Shown piece by piece: positions 44,906-53,018 of a DNA stretch of 58,507 nt. Position numbers and translations under genes: made by a program. The notes below the pieces were generated by a model, which saw only the letters and a list, made by a program, of their open reading frames with translations, was not told where the DNA came from and made no database searches. Numbering within the stretch: position 1 is the stretch's first letter; each line of letters opens with the position of its first letter. Source of the DNA: an uncultured bacterium (GTDB lineage: Bacteria > Oederibacteriota > Muellerivitia > Muellerivitales > Muellerivitaceae); assembly GCA_964531065.1 (NCBI GenBank), contig CAZHFP010000001.1, forward strand, positions 8,165 through 66,671, given 5' to 3'.

Positions 44906-46472
44906 AGTTCTGGCGGCGACTCTTTTAGTTTTTTCCCTTTGCGGTTCGAAGGGATTCGCCGGTGTATTCGATAAAGGCGGTTTTTCGGGTATCGGCGCCA
45001 GGCCGATCGGCTTAGGAGGCGCCTTTTCGACCATCGCGGATTCCGGGGACGCTATTTTCTACAATCCCGCCGGACTGGTGCAGGTCTTACGCCCCGAAGT
45101 TTCGGGAATGGGCGCTGTCCTCGCCAACGGAAAAGAAGACCAATTTGAATTGGCCTATGTCCAGCCCTTTGGGGATCAATTGGCTTGGGCCTTCGCGATG
45201 CAGCAGTTGTCGTTCAATGACATTTCCCAAAATGAGCGGATCTTTTACGGAACCTTCGCCACTCCCTTGGCGATCGATAAATCGATATCTTTCGGCGTCA
45301 ACATCAAGCTTTTGTCGGTTGATTCCTCTTCGCCCGGTTTCCAGGCCAGTGGGCTGGGGTTGGATATGGGTTTTCTATACCACCTTCCCATCTTAAACCC
45401 CCGCTACGGAAAGCAGATCAACCTGGGGTTGTCGGCCGAGGACCTGGATACCAAAATCAAATGGCAAGCTGGAAACGAAGACCAAATTCCCTTGCGGGTC
45501 CGGGGCGGGTTCAGCTACGAGTTTACGGATGACCTCGTGACGGCTTTTGAATTTTCCGATTTTAACGACCCCAATTTGGGCGCGCACCACACCCTGCTTT
45601 TGGCCGGCATTGAAGGATGGTTTTTTGAGGATCAATTAGGGTTGCGGACCGGCTATGCGGCTTTTCAAACACTGGATGGGCAGTTTACCGCTGGCATCAG
45701 CTATCGGTCGAAAACTTGGGGAATTGACTATGCTTATATCGGCCACGCGCAATTCTTAGGTTCTTCCCACCGCATCTCCGCCAATTGGCGGTTCGGCGAT
45801 TCTTTCCTGGGGAAAGTGAAAAGCTTTATTCCGGAGGGCGTAACGGCCTATGTCGAAGGGGATATTATTACTTTAAGGTGGAACAACTCGCCGTCGCTTT
45901 CCTTGGCGGGCTACAACGTTTATTTCAGCAAAACCACCGGCAGCGGCTATGTTAAAATCAATCAAAAGGCCATCAAGGCGAATTATTATTCCTTGCGCGG
46001 TTTGGAAAAAAACACCAAGTATTATTTTGTCGTCAGTTCGGTGACGAACACCATACCTCCGGTTGAAAGCCAATATTCCCGCGAAATTTTCGCCGGAACC
46101 ACGGCCGCTCCGGGCGCTCCTGTGGTGGTCCAAAGCGATGTTCAAAGTGAAGGGGTGATCGACATCGCCAAAATGGTGGGAATGGCTGGTTTTCCTGATC
46201 CTGCCAAAAGTAATTTAAAGGGTTATAATATTTACCTCTCAGAGGTATCGGGAGGCCGGTTTGACAAGGTCAATGTTCAACCCCTCGCCAATCTACCGAC
46301 TTATCTGGTGCGAAAGTTAAAAGTCGGCCAGAAATACTTCTTTACCTTTACCTCCGTTGGATTGGATGGCTCGGAAAGCGCCCACTCCAGGGAATCGGGC
46401 GTCGTGGCCTTGCCTTATAGCGCGGTTATTCAGTCGTCTGGAACTAATGCCGCTCAACCTGCAGCCAAGTAA
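44895..46472 (+). CDS. Outer-membrane beta-barrel protein (paralog of the upstream gene) with two C-terminal fibronectin type III-like domains
   Basis: Signal/lipobox-like MVIRVLAATLLVFSLCGS. GARPIGLGGAFSTIADSGDAIFYNPAGL and shared strands (GLGLDMGFLYHLPI, LGLRTGYAAF) show paralogy to 42818-44905. FN3-like segments (LRWNNSP...GYNVYFS...YYFVVSSV; GYNIYLSE...YFFTFTSV) span about 45825-46412. It overlaps the upstream gene by 11 nt. Confidence 0.65.
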   Translation: MVIRVLAATLLVFSLCGSKGFAGVFDKGGFSGIGARPIGLGGAFSTIADSGDAIFYNPAGLVQVLRPEVSGMGAVLANGKEDQFELAYVQPFGDQLAWAFAMQQLSFNDISQNERIFYGTFATPLAIDKSISFGVNIKLLSVDSSSPGFQASGLGLDMGFLYHLPILNPRYGKQINLGLSAEDLDTKIKWQAGNEDQIPLRVRGGFSYEFTDDLVTAFEFSDFNDPNLGAHHTLLLAGIEGWFFEDQLGLRTGYAAFQTLDGQFTAGISYRSKTWGIDYAYIGHAQFLGSSHRISANWRFGDSFLGKVKSFIPEGVTAYVEGDIITLRWNNSPSLSLAGYNVYFSKTTGSGYVKINQKAIKANYYSLRGLEKNTKYYFVVSSVTNTIPPVESQYSREIFAGTTAAPGAPVVVQSDVQSEGVIDIAKMVGMAGFPDPAKSNLKGYNIYLSEVSGGRFDKVNVQPLANLPTYLVRKLKVGQKYFFTFTSVGLDGSESAHSRESGVVALPYSAVIQSSGTNAAQPAAK

Positions 46473-46482
46473 GGAGATTTAG

Positions 46483-47268
46483 ATGCCTAGTGGACTTTAC
46501 ATAGCGGCCTCGGGAATGGATTCGACCATCACCCGGGAAAACGTCATCGCCAATAACTTGGCCAACTCGAGCACCGTTGGGTTCAAGCAAAACCGGGCGG
46601 TGGACATCGCGTTTCCAACTTATATGATCGCCCGCCTCCACGACCAGAAGATGAAAGTGATGGACGGAACCGCGGAACTGCGCCCCAATATCGGGTTCAT
46701 GGGCGGGGGCGTGATCCCTCAGGAAGTCGCCACCGATTATTCACAAGGGTCCCGGCTTGAAACTAAAAATCCCCTCGATTTCGCCCTAACGGGCCCCGGT
46801 TTTTTCACGGTCCTGTCGCCGGAAGGAAAAACTTATTTGACCCGGGCGGGGAGCTTCAGTTTGGATGCTAATGGAACGCTCGTGACTCAGGACGGGCTTC
46901 CGGTGATGGGCCATAACGGCGAGATCACCATTGATGGTTCCACCGTTTCGGCGGACGAAGAGGGAAATCTCACGGTCGATGGAAAGGCCCAGGACCAGCT
47001 GCTCGTCGTCAAGGTCAAGGATCAAAACCAGCTTTTCAAAGTAGGCCATTCGCTGTTCGAGGCGACGCCTCAAAATAAAATCGACATGTCGCCGGACGAT
47101 ATCCAGGTTCAACAGGGTTTTTTGGAACAGTCCAACGTGAATTCGATCACGGAAATGGTCAATATGATTGAAGTGCAAAGGTCTTACGAGCAGAACGCGA
47201 AAATCATTTCAATGTATGACCAGGTGCTGGGAGAAGCTTCGTCCCAGATTGGGTCGTTGAGGGCTTAA
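46483..47268 (+). CDS. flgF: Flagellar basal-body rod protein FlgF (FlgG-like)
   Basis: GLYIAASGMDSTITRENVIANNLANSSTVGFK N-terminus and LEQSNVNSITEMVNMIEVQRSYEQNAK C-terminus. Confidence 0.85.
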   Translation: MPSGLYIAASGMDSTITRENVIANNLANSSTVGFKQNRAVDIAFPTYMIARLHDQKMKVMDGTAELRPNIGFMGGGVIPQEVATDYSQGSRLETKNPLDFALTGPGFFTVLSPEGKTYLTRAGSFSLDANGTLVTQDGLPVMGHNGEITIDGSTVSADEEGNLTVDGKAQDQLLVVKVKDQNQLFKVGHSLFEATPQNKIDMSPDDIQVQQGFLEQSNVNSITEMVNMIEVQRSYEQNAKIISMYDQVLGEASSQIGSLRA

Positions 47269-47427
47269 GCGCTGGACCCGCCGGGCCGAAAGGCTTGACG
47301 GGAGTGTCGTAAAACGGCCGGACTGCAAAGCGGAGGCCGTTCTCACTGCCGAACGATAGACGCGGTGAAAAAATCGGGAACCAAAGTTGAAGTAAAGCTT
47401 ACGGTTCGCGAATCTTGAGGAGGCTTT

Positions 47428-48219
47428 ATGCAGTCTTTGTACACGGCAGCGACGGGAATGCAGGCGCAAAGTTTAAACATTGATACCATCTCCAACAATC
47501 TCGCCAACGTCAGCACCAACGGCTTTAAAAAACAGCGGGTGGACTTTCAGGATCTTTTGTACCTGAACCTGAAACCTTCCGGCACGCCCACCTCTCCTGA
47601 GACGAATGTTCCGGTCGGCATTCAAGTCGGCGAAGGCGTCAAGCCGGTCGACACGAAGCGTATTTTTACCCAGGGAAGCATCTCCAACACCAATAATCCG
47701 CTGGACCTGTTGATTGAGGGCGATGACAGCTTTTTCAAAGTTGTCCAGCCGGATGGCCAAACCGTTTTCACCCGTGACGGGTCCTTTACCCGGGATGGAA
47801 ATGGAAACGTGGTTAACGCGGACGGTTATTTCATGGACCCGCCGATTCAGATTCCCGGGGACGCCTCGCTCGTTCAAGTTACCCAAGACGGCAGGGTCAT
47901 GGTCACGACCGCCGGACAAACCCAGCCGGCCCAGGTGGGCCAATTGGAATTAGCCCGTTTCGTGAACCCGGCGGGATTAACAGCTCTTGGTCACAATAAT
48001 TTCGAGACCACGGCCGCGTCCGGCGATCCCATTGAAGGGACTCCCGGCTCGGTAGGGTTCCCGTCCCTCCAGCAGGGTTCGCTGGAATTGTCCAACGTGG
48101 ATGTGGTCACCGAAATGGTTAATTTGATCGTCGCTCAGCGTTCCTACGAGATTAATTCGAAGGCGGTCACGACATCGGATCAAATGATGCAGACGGCTAC
48201 GACTATGGTTACTTTGTAA
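47428..48219 (+). CDS. flgG: Flagellar distal rod protein FlgG
   Basis: MQSLYTAATGMQAQSLNIDTISNNLANVSTNGFKKQRVDFQDLLY and LELSNVDVVTEMVNLIVAQRSYEINSK. GAGGAGG RBS. Confidence 0.95.
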   Translation: MQSLYTAATGMQAQSLNIDTISNNLANVSTNGFKKQRVDFQDLLYLNLKPSGTPTSPETNVPVGIQVGEGVKPVDTKRIFTQGSISNTNNPLDLLIEGDDSFFKVVQPDGQTVFTRDGSFTRDGNGNVVNADGYFMDPPIQIPGDASLVQVTQDGRVMVTTAGQTQPAQVGQLELARFVNPAGLTALGHNNFETTAASGDPIEGTPGSVGFPSLQQGSLELSNVDVVTEMVNLIVAQRSYEINSKAVTTSDQMMQTATTMVTL

Positions 48220-48226
48220 TTCATTG

Positions 48227-49210
48227 ATGATCCGAAAAATTTTTAATATTGGTTTTTTGTTTTTTTTCTGCCTTCATTCTTGGCTTTGGGCTGAGGTGAA
48301 TCAGTCGGTTTTGATCCGGCTGCCGGAAAAGGCGACTGTGGTTGGGCCCGAACTGGCCTTGGGCCAGGTGGCCGAAGTCATCGGTGAAAACAAGATGGTG
48401 CTTGAAAAGGTCCGCCGGTTGAGCTTGGGAAGGGCGGCTCTGGCGGGAAATGTCCTGAAGGTGACCCCGGGATTCATCAAGATCAAGCTCCGCCAAGAAG
48501 GCTATTCTTTGAAGGATTTTTCTTTCGAGGGGGTTGAGACCACGGAGGTTCTCACCCAGAGTGTTCAAATGTCGACGGCCGATCTGCTGCCTGAGGTGAA
48601 GGCTTTTGTGCTGAAGGAATTGCGGGAGTCGCCGGAGAACGTGGAAGTCCGGCTGGCGGGTCCCGAAAAAAAAATGATGCTGCCTGCCGGCGATTTGAAA
48701 ACAACCTTTCGGCCCCCTCTCTCGGGTAAATTCGAGGGGACTTTGCTCTTGACCAGTGAGCTGGAAGTGGACGGCCGTTTGGCGAAAGTACTGCCCTTAA
48801 GGGTCGTGGTGGAGGTTTATCATCCGGTGGTGGTCGCCCAAAAGGGCGTGGAAAAAGGGGACAAGTTTACCCGGGAAAATGTGGCGCTGGTGAGGAAACC
48901 CACTTCGGCGCTCTTGTCGGGTTCCATTGACCAACTCAGCAGTGTGCTGGGAAGAACCGCGGGGGCCCCGCTGGCGCCCGGAACGGTTCTGCGCATGACC
49001 CAGATTTACGATCCGCCGGTGGTGAAACATGGGGATCTTTTGGAGGCGGTGGTACGCCGGGGAAACGTGGAAATCACCGTCCAGGTCCGGGCCGTGGAAG
49101 ACGGCAAGGCCGGGGACAGGATCCGGGTAGAGAACACGGAGTCGCATAAGGTTTTGGCTGGCAAGGTTTTGGATGAGAAAACGGTCTTGGTCGAACAGGG
49201 CGAGCCGTAG
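48227..49210 (+). CDS. flgA: Flagellar P-ring assembly chaperone FlgA
   Basis: Signal peptide, a SAF-like domain, and the C-terminal GD.L...V.RG.VEITVQVRAVEDGKAGDRIRVEN... typical of FlgA. Confidence 0.8.
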   Translation: MIRKIFNIGFLFFFCLHSWLWAEVNQSVLIRLPEKATVVGPELALGQVAEVIGENKMVLEKVRRLSLGRAALAGNVLKVTPGFIKIKLRQEGYSLKDFSFEGVETTEVLTQSVQMSTADLLPEVKAFVLKELRESPENVEVRLAGPEKKMMLPAGDLKTTFRPPLSGKFEGTLLLTSELEVDGRLAKVLPLRVVVEVYHPVVVAQKGVEKGDKFTRENVALVRKPTSALLSGSIDQLSSVLGRTAGAPLAPGTVLRMTQIYDPPVVKHGDLLEAVVRRGNVEITVQVRAVEDGKAGDRIRVENTESHKVLAGKVLDEKTVLVEQGEP

Positions 49211-49231
49211 CCTAAGAGGAGGGTTGGGGTC

Positions 49232-49840
49232 ATGAAAAAAAGTTTACTCGTTTTATTCATCGGCTTGGCCGCTTTCGCGCCCGGCCAAAACTTAAGGGCT
49301 GATTCGCTTTATCCAGTCGAGGGATCAAGCTCGGTTTATACCGAGAAGCGGGCAAGGCGCGTGGGCGACGTGATCACGGTGATGATCCAGGAAACCAACC
49401 AGGCTACCAACGCCGCCAGCAGCAACGACCAGAAGTCTGGAAGTGTTGTGGTCGGCGCCGGTTCCGGATTTTTGGGCTCCAGCTTTTTAAACAGCAACAC
49501 AACCGGTAACATCGGCCTTGGCGGCGGCACCTCCCATCAGGGGCAGGGAACCTCCAGCCGGAGTTCGAACGTGACGGGGCAAATGACGGCGAAAATCATA
49601 TCCGTGCTTCCCAGCGGGAACTACCTGATCGAGGGAAGCCGATATGTCGAAGTAAATGACGAGAAACAAACCATTGATGTGACGGGAGAAATCCGGCCCG
49701 ATGATATTTCGAGCGATAACACAGTTGTGTCGACTCGGGTCGCCAACGCGAGAATTAAGTTCACGGGAACCGGTCCGGCGTCGGAAACGGCCAAGCCGGG
49801 TCTTTTAACCAGGGTCTTGGGCTGGCTGGGGCTCTTTTAG
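49232..49840 (+). CDS. flgH: Flagellar L-ring protein FlgH
   Basis: SLYP....SVYTEKRARRVGDVITVMIQE and GNYLIEGSRYVEVNDEKQTIDVTGEIRPDDI motifs. The signal peptide has no lipobox Cys. Confidence 0.9.
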   Translation: MKKSLLVLFIGLAAFAPGQNLRADSLYPVEGSSSVYTEKRARRVGDVITVMIQETNQATNAASSNDQKSGSVVVGAGSGFLGSSFLNSNTTGNIGLGGGTSHQGQGTSSRSSNVTGQMTAKIISVLPSGNYLIEGSRYVEVNDEKQTIDVTGEIRPDDISSDNTVVSTRVANARIKFTGTGPASETAKPGLLTRVLGWLGLF

Positions 49841-49857
49841 AAAATGGGAGAATGCGC

Positions 49858-50976
49858 ATGAAAATTAAAAATTTATCCTTAAATCTTACGGTCGCTCTTT
49901 TGGTTTTAATGGGGGCCGCCTTTTCCAGCGCAGCTCAGGTCCGTTTGAAAACCATTGCCAAGGTGAAGGGTGTCCGGGAGAACCAATTGATTGGATACGG
50001 ATTGGTCGTGGGTCTTCAACGAACAGGGGACACCCAAAGGGTGGTTTCCACCCTGCAAAGCATCACCAACATGCTTTCTCAATTTGGAATCGCGATCAGT
50101 CCCTCCCAAATCCGGACTCAAAACGTGGGAGCCGTCATGGTGACGGCCCAATTGCCGGCCCTTTTGAAATCCGGGGATAAGATTGACGTAACGGTTTCTT
50201 CCATCGGCGACGCTCGAAGCCTTCAAGGCGGGACTTTATTAATGACGCCTCTTCAGGGGCCGGACGGACAGGTTTATGCCGTGGCCCAAGGGCCTTTGGC
50301 CGTGGGGGGCTTCAGCGATAATTCTGGGGAGTTTCCCTTAATTCAAGTTAATCACACGACCGCGGGCCGGGTTCCCAACGGAGCCTTAGTGGAAAGGGAG
50401 GTTCCCTCAACGTTTGTCGATAATGACACCGTTTCCATTCTTTTGGATAAGCCGGATTTTGGACAAGCCTCCATGGCGGCCCAGGCCCTTAACCAGCAGT
50501 TTGGCGAACCGGTGGCCCGGGCGGTTGACGGCGGGCAGATTGATGTGAAGATTCCCCATAACTACCAGGATAATGTCGTGGAATTCGTCGCGGCGGTGGA
50601 AGACACGGCGGTCATGACCGACGCTCCGTCCAACCGAGTTGTTGTCAATGAAAGAACGGGAACCGTGGTCTTGGGCCAGGATGTCCGGATTGACGGATTG
50701 GCCATCGCCCACGGAAACTTAAGATTGGTCGTCAAGAAAACGACTCAAGTGAGCCACGACGCGGTTTTTGGCCACGATGAGTTAACCCATTCGACAACGG
50801 TTTCGGTGGATGATTCGGGCAAAAAGGGGAATCTGGTGGTCTTGCCGGAAGGCGCCACCTTGATTGATGTGGTGGAAGCCATTAACGCGGTGGGGGCCAC
50901 GCCCCGGGATTTGATCTCGATTCTCCAAGCCATTAAAGAAGAAGGCGCTTTGCACGCCGAGCTGGATATTATCTAA
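49858..50976 (+). CDS. flgI: Flagellar P-ring protein FlgI
   Basis: RLKTIAKVKGVRENQLIGYGLVVGLQRTGD and LLMTPLQGPDGQVYAVAQGPLAVGG motifs. ATG at 49852 is an alternative start. Confidence 0.95.
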   Translation: MKIKNLSLNLTVALLVLMGAAFSSAAQVRLKTIAKVKGVRENQLIGYGLVVGLQRTGDTQRVVSTLQSITNMLSQFGIAISPSQIRTQNVGAVMVTAQLPALLKSGDKIDVTVSSIGDARSLQGGTLLMTPLQGPDGQVYAVAQGPLAVGGFSDNSGEFPLIQVNHTTAGRVPNGALVEREVPSTFVDNDTVSILLDKPDFGQASMAAQALNQQFGEPVARAVDGGQIDVKIPHNYQDNVVEFVAAVEDTAVMTDAPSNRVVVNERTGTVVLGQDVRIDGLAIAHGNLRLVVKKTTQVSHDAVFGHDELTHSTTVSVDDSGKKGNLVVLPEGATLIDVVEAINAVGATPRDLISILQAIKEEGALHAELDII

Positions 50977-51005
50977 AGAACGATAAAAAAATAGTAAAAA
51001 GGCGG

Positions 51006-51121
51006 TTGAACCACCAAGGTCACTAAGTTCACCAAAAAAGAAAAACAAAAACCGAATTTGGACGGATTTGAACAACTTGGCTTATGTAGTTCTTGGTGTA
51101 CTTGGTGACCTTGGTGGTGAA
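51006..51121. repeat. Palindromic REP/MITE-like intergenic element, copy 2
   Basis: TTGAACCACCAAGGTCACTAAGTTCACCAA ... TCTTGGTGTACTTGGTGACCTTGGTGGTGAA. Same arms and architecture as 5589-5709, with a diverged AT-rich core. Located between flgI and the flgJ-like gene. Confidence 0.85.
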
Positions 51122-51162
51122 ATAGGTTTTTGCTTGAGTCTCTTAATCATAAGGACGACATA

Positions 51163-51633
51163 ATGGGTTTTTCAATTCAACCAACATCCCTAATGCCCTT
51201 GCCCCTCTCCATGGACGCGAAGGGTTTTCCGGTTCAAGCCCTGCAACAGGCCTTGTCGCTCCAGCCGTCCTTAGGTTCCGCGGCGGCGGGTCAGGCGATG
51301 GGTTTGCCCTCCTCCGGACCGTCATTACCGTTGGATTTGAAGCCCTCCGCTTTAAATCCGCTCAAGGGTCCCGCTGTTCATTCGGACGCGGAGCTTAAAA
51401 AGGTTTCCAAAAATTTCGAATCGATTTTTATGAGAATGCTTTTTAAGGAGATGCGGAACTCGGTCCAGAAATCCGACGTGTTTGGAAGTTCCCGAGCGAT
51501 GGAATTTTTCGAGAACATGCAGGACGAACAATTATCCGAAAGTCTGGCTTCGGCGGGCGGATTGGGCATCGGCAACATGATTTACCAGAAACTCAAGGCC
51601 TCCACCGTCCCCCACCAGAAAACGTTTAGTTGA
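51163..51633 (+). CDS. flgJ: FlgJ-like rod-binding domain protein (no muramidase domain)
   Basis: ELKKVSKNFESIFMRMLFKEMRNSV...FFENMQDEQLSESLASAGGLGIGNMIYQKL matches the Rod_binding domain. AAGGA RBS precedes the ATG at 51163. Confidence 0.75.
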   Translation: MGFSIQPTSLMPLPLSMDAKGFPVQALQQALSLQPSLGSAAAGQAMGLPSSGPSLPLDLKPSALNPLKGPAVHSDAELKKVSKNFESIFMRMLFKEMRNSVQKSDVFGSSRAMEFFENMQDEQLSESLASAGGLGIGNMIYQKLKASTVPHQKTFS

Positions 51634-52052
51634 AGCTGGCCAATTGCTCGCGCTGCGGAAGGGTTTACTCCGCGGTACCGGGAGGCAGGGATGTCTGCCA
51701 GGCCTGCCTGAAGGAAGAAGACGAGAATTACCTCAAGATTTTCCACTATCTTTCCACCCGCCCCGCCGCGACCGCCCAAGAAATCGCTCAAGCCACTGAA
51801 ATTGACGTCAAAGAAATCTACCGTTATGTCCGTGAAAACCGCCTGCGGCTGGTCAAGGGGGATACGGGCCTCATTTGCGAAGGCTGCGGTATTCCGATCG
51901 CTCAGGGTAAAATCTGCGATAAATGCCGTCAAAAGCTGTCCGAAGCCTTAAAAAATGATATCGACAAATATAAACCCTTAAAATCAAAGGATTCTCCCCG
52001 TAAAAGGGATGAGCCGCCGGATCCCAAATATTTAAAGGACCGGCGGGGATAG
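51630..52052 (+). CDS. YvyF-like flagellar-operon zinc-ribbon protein
   Basis: CSRCGRVY....VCQAC and CEGCG.....KICDKC form two CxxC pairs. It sits directly upstream of flgM-flgN-flgK, as yvyF does in Bacillus. TTG start overlaps the upstream stop. Confidence 0.6.
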   Translation: MKLANCSRCGRVYSAVPGGRDVCQACLKEEDENYLKIFHYLSTRPAATAQEIAQATEIDVKEIYRYVRENRLRLVKGDTGLICEGCGIPIAQGKICDKCRQKLSEALKNDIDKYKPLKSKDSPRKRDEPPDPKYLKDRRG

Positions 52053-52225
52053 ATAAAATCCTTAAAAAGCCTTTAAAAACAATGGGATAGGGTAAAAACC
52101 GTCATTTTTGGGCTTTTTAAAGGAAAAAGACATGGTCCTTCCTAACCACCGGAGTTTATTTGGTTTTCCCTCAAGTTTTCCCAAGCCCGGTCGTTAGGTT
52201 TTCTAGAAAACCAAAGGAGTCTTCT

Positions 52226-52519
52226 ATGCGTATCGATAGTTTTCAAAATATTCCGGCCATCCTTCAATCTTTCAAGGCCGACAAATCCACGAAATCCAAT
52301 CCGGAAAATGAAACGACGGGATCTTCTTCCTCAGTTTCCTTAAGCGCTTTTGGGGAGGTCTTGCAGTCGCTGCAAAGGGAATCAGCCCAAACCGCTTCTT
52401 TGAGAAACGCCAGGGTCGATCAATTGGCTAAAGATGTCCGGTCGGGAGATTTGGAAGTGGATGTGGTGAAGTTGGCGACTAAATTAATTAATTTGAACGT
52501 TATTGATACAAAAGGATAA
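52226..52519 (+). CDS. flgM: Anti-sigma-28 factor FlgM
   Basis: AAAGGAG RBS. 97 aa with a disordered Ser-rich N-terminus and the C-terminal RVDQLAKDVRSGDLEVDVVKLATKLI, typical of FlgM. The ORF-track start at 52160 is probably too early. Confidence 0.8.
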   Translation: MRIDSFQNIPAILQSFKADKSTKSNPENETTGSSSSVSLSAFGEVLQSLQRESAQTASLRNARVDQLAKDVRSGDLEVDVVKLATKLINLNVIDTKG

Positions 52520-52522
52520 ATC

Positions 52523-53008
52523 GTGATCGATTTATTTCAATCTTTGATCCATTGTTTGAGCGAGGAGGCGGCCCGCTACCGCGCCCTGAAGGTTTTTGCC
52601 GAACAGCAAAAAGAATTGCTGGTCGCCGGGAACACCGATGTCTTGCCGGACAACGTCCGCTTGGAAGAAAAAGAAGTATTTGCCTTGGGCCCGATCATCG
52701 CTCGGCGCAACGAATGTTTGAACCGGTTGGCGAAGGGATTTGGTTTGAAGACCTTGAACTTGACCGAGGCGCTCCAGCGGGCGCCGATGGAAATTATCGA
52801 GGAATTGAAAAAAGCCACGATCGAATTGGTCCGCTCGGCTAAAGGGTTGGAAGAAACGAATCAAGGGAACGAAAAGTTACTTCAAAACGCTCTGGCTTAC
52901 GTTAATTTTTCTTTGAAAGTTATCGCGAGCGGTGGAAAAAAACAGGCTTTCGCGCCTACGGTAAAAACGGAAGAAAATAAACCTTCTTTCGTGAACCGGG
53001 TCGTTTGA
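52523..53008 (+). CDS. flgN: FlgN-like flagellar export chaperone
   Basis: 161-aa helical protein between flgM and flgK, with an N-terminus LIHCLSEEAARYRALKVFAEQQKELLV like FlgN. GTG start. Confidence 0.6.
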   Translation: MIDLFQSLIHCLSEEAARYRALKVFAEQQKELLVAGNTDVLPDNVRLEEKEVFALGPIIARRNECLNRLAKGFGLKTLNLTEALQRAPMEIIEELKKATIELVRSAKGLEETNQGNEKLLQNALAYVNFSLKVIASGGKKQAFAPTVKTEENKPSFVNRVV

Positions 53009-53018
53009 GGAGGATGAC

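Noticed and set aside
52053-52225. Search for a sigma-28 (TAAA-N15-GCCGATAA) promoter upstream of flgM. I also looked for sigma-54 GG-N10-GC boxes upstream of flgB and flgG.
   Set aside because: Several TAAA tetramers occur, but none has a GCCGATAA-like -10 at the right spacing. No TGGCAC-N5-TTGC match was seen either. Consensus sequences in this lineage may differ, so I make no call.
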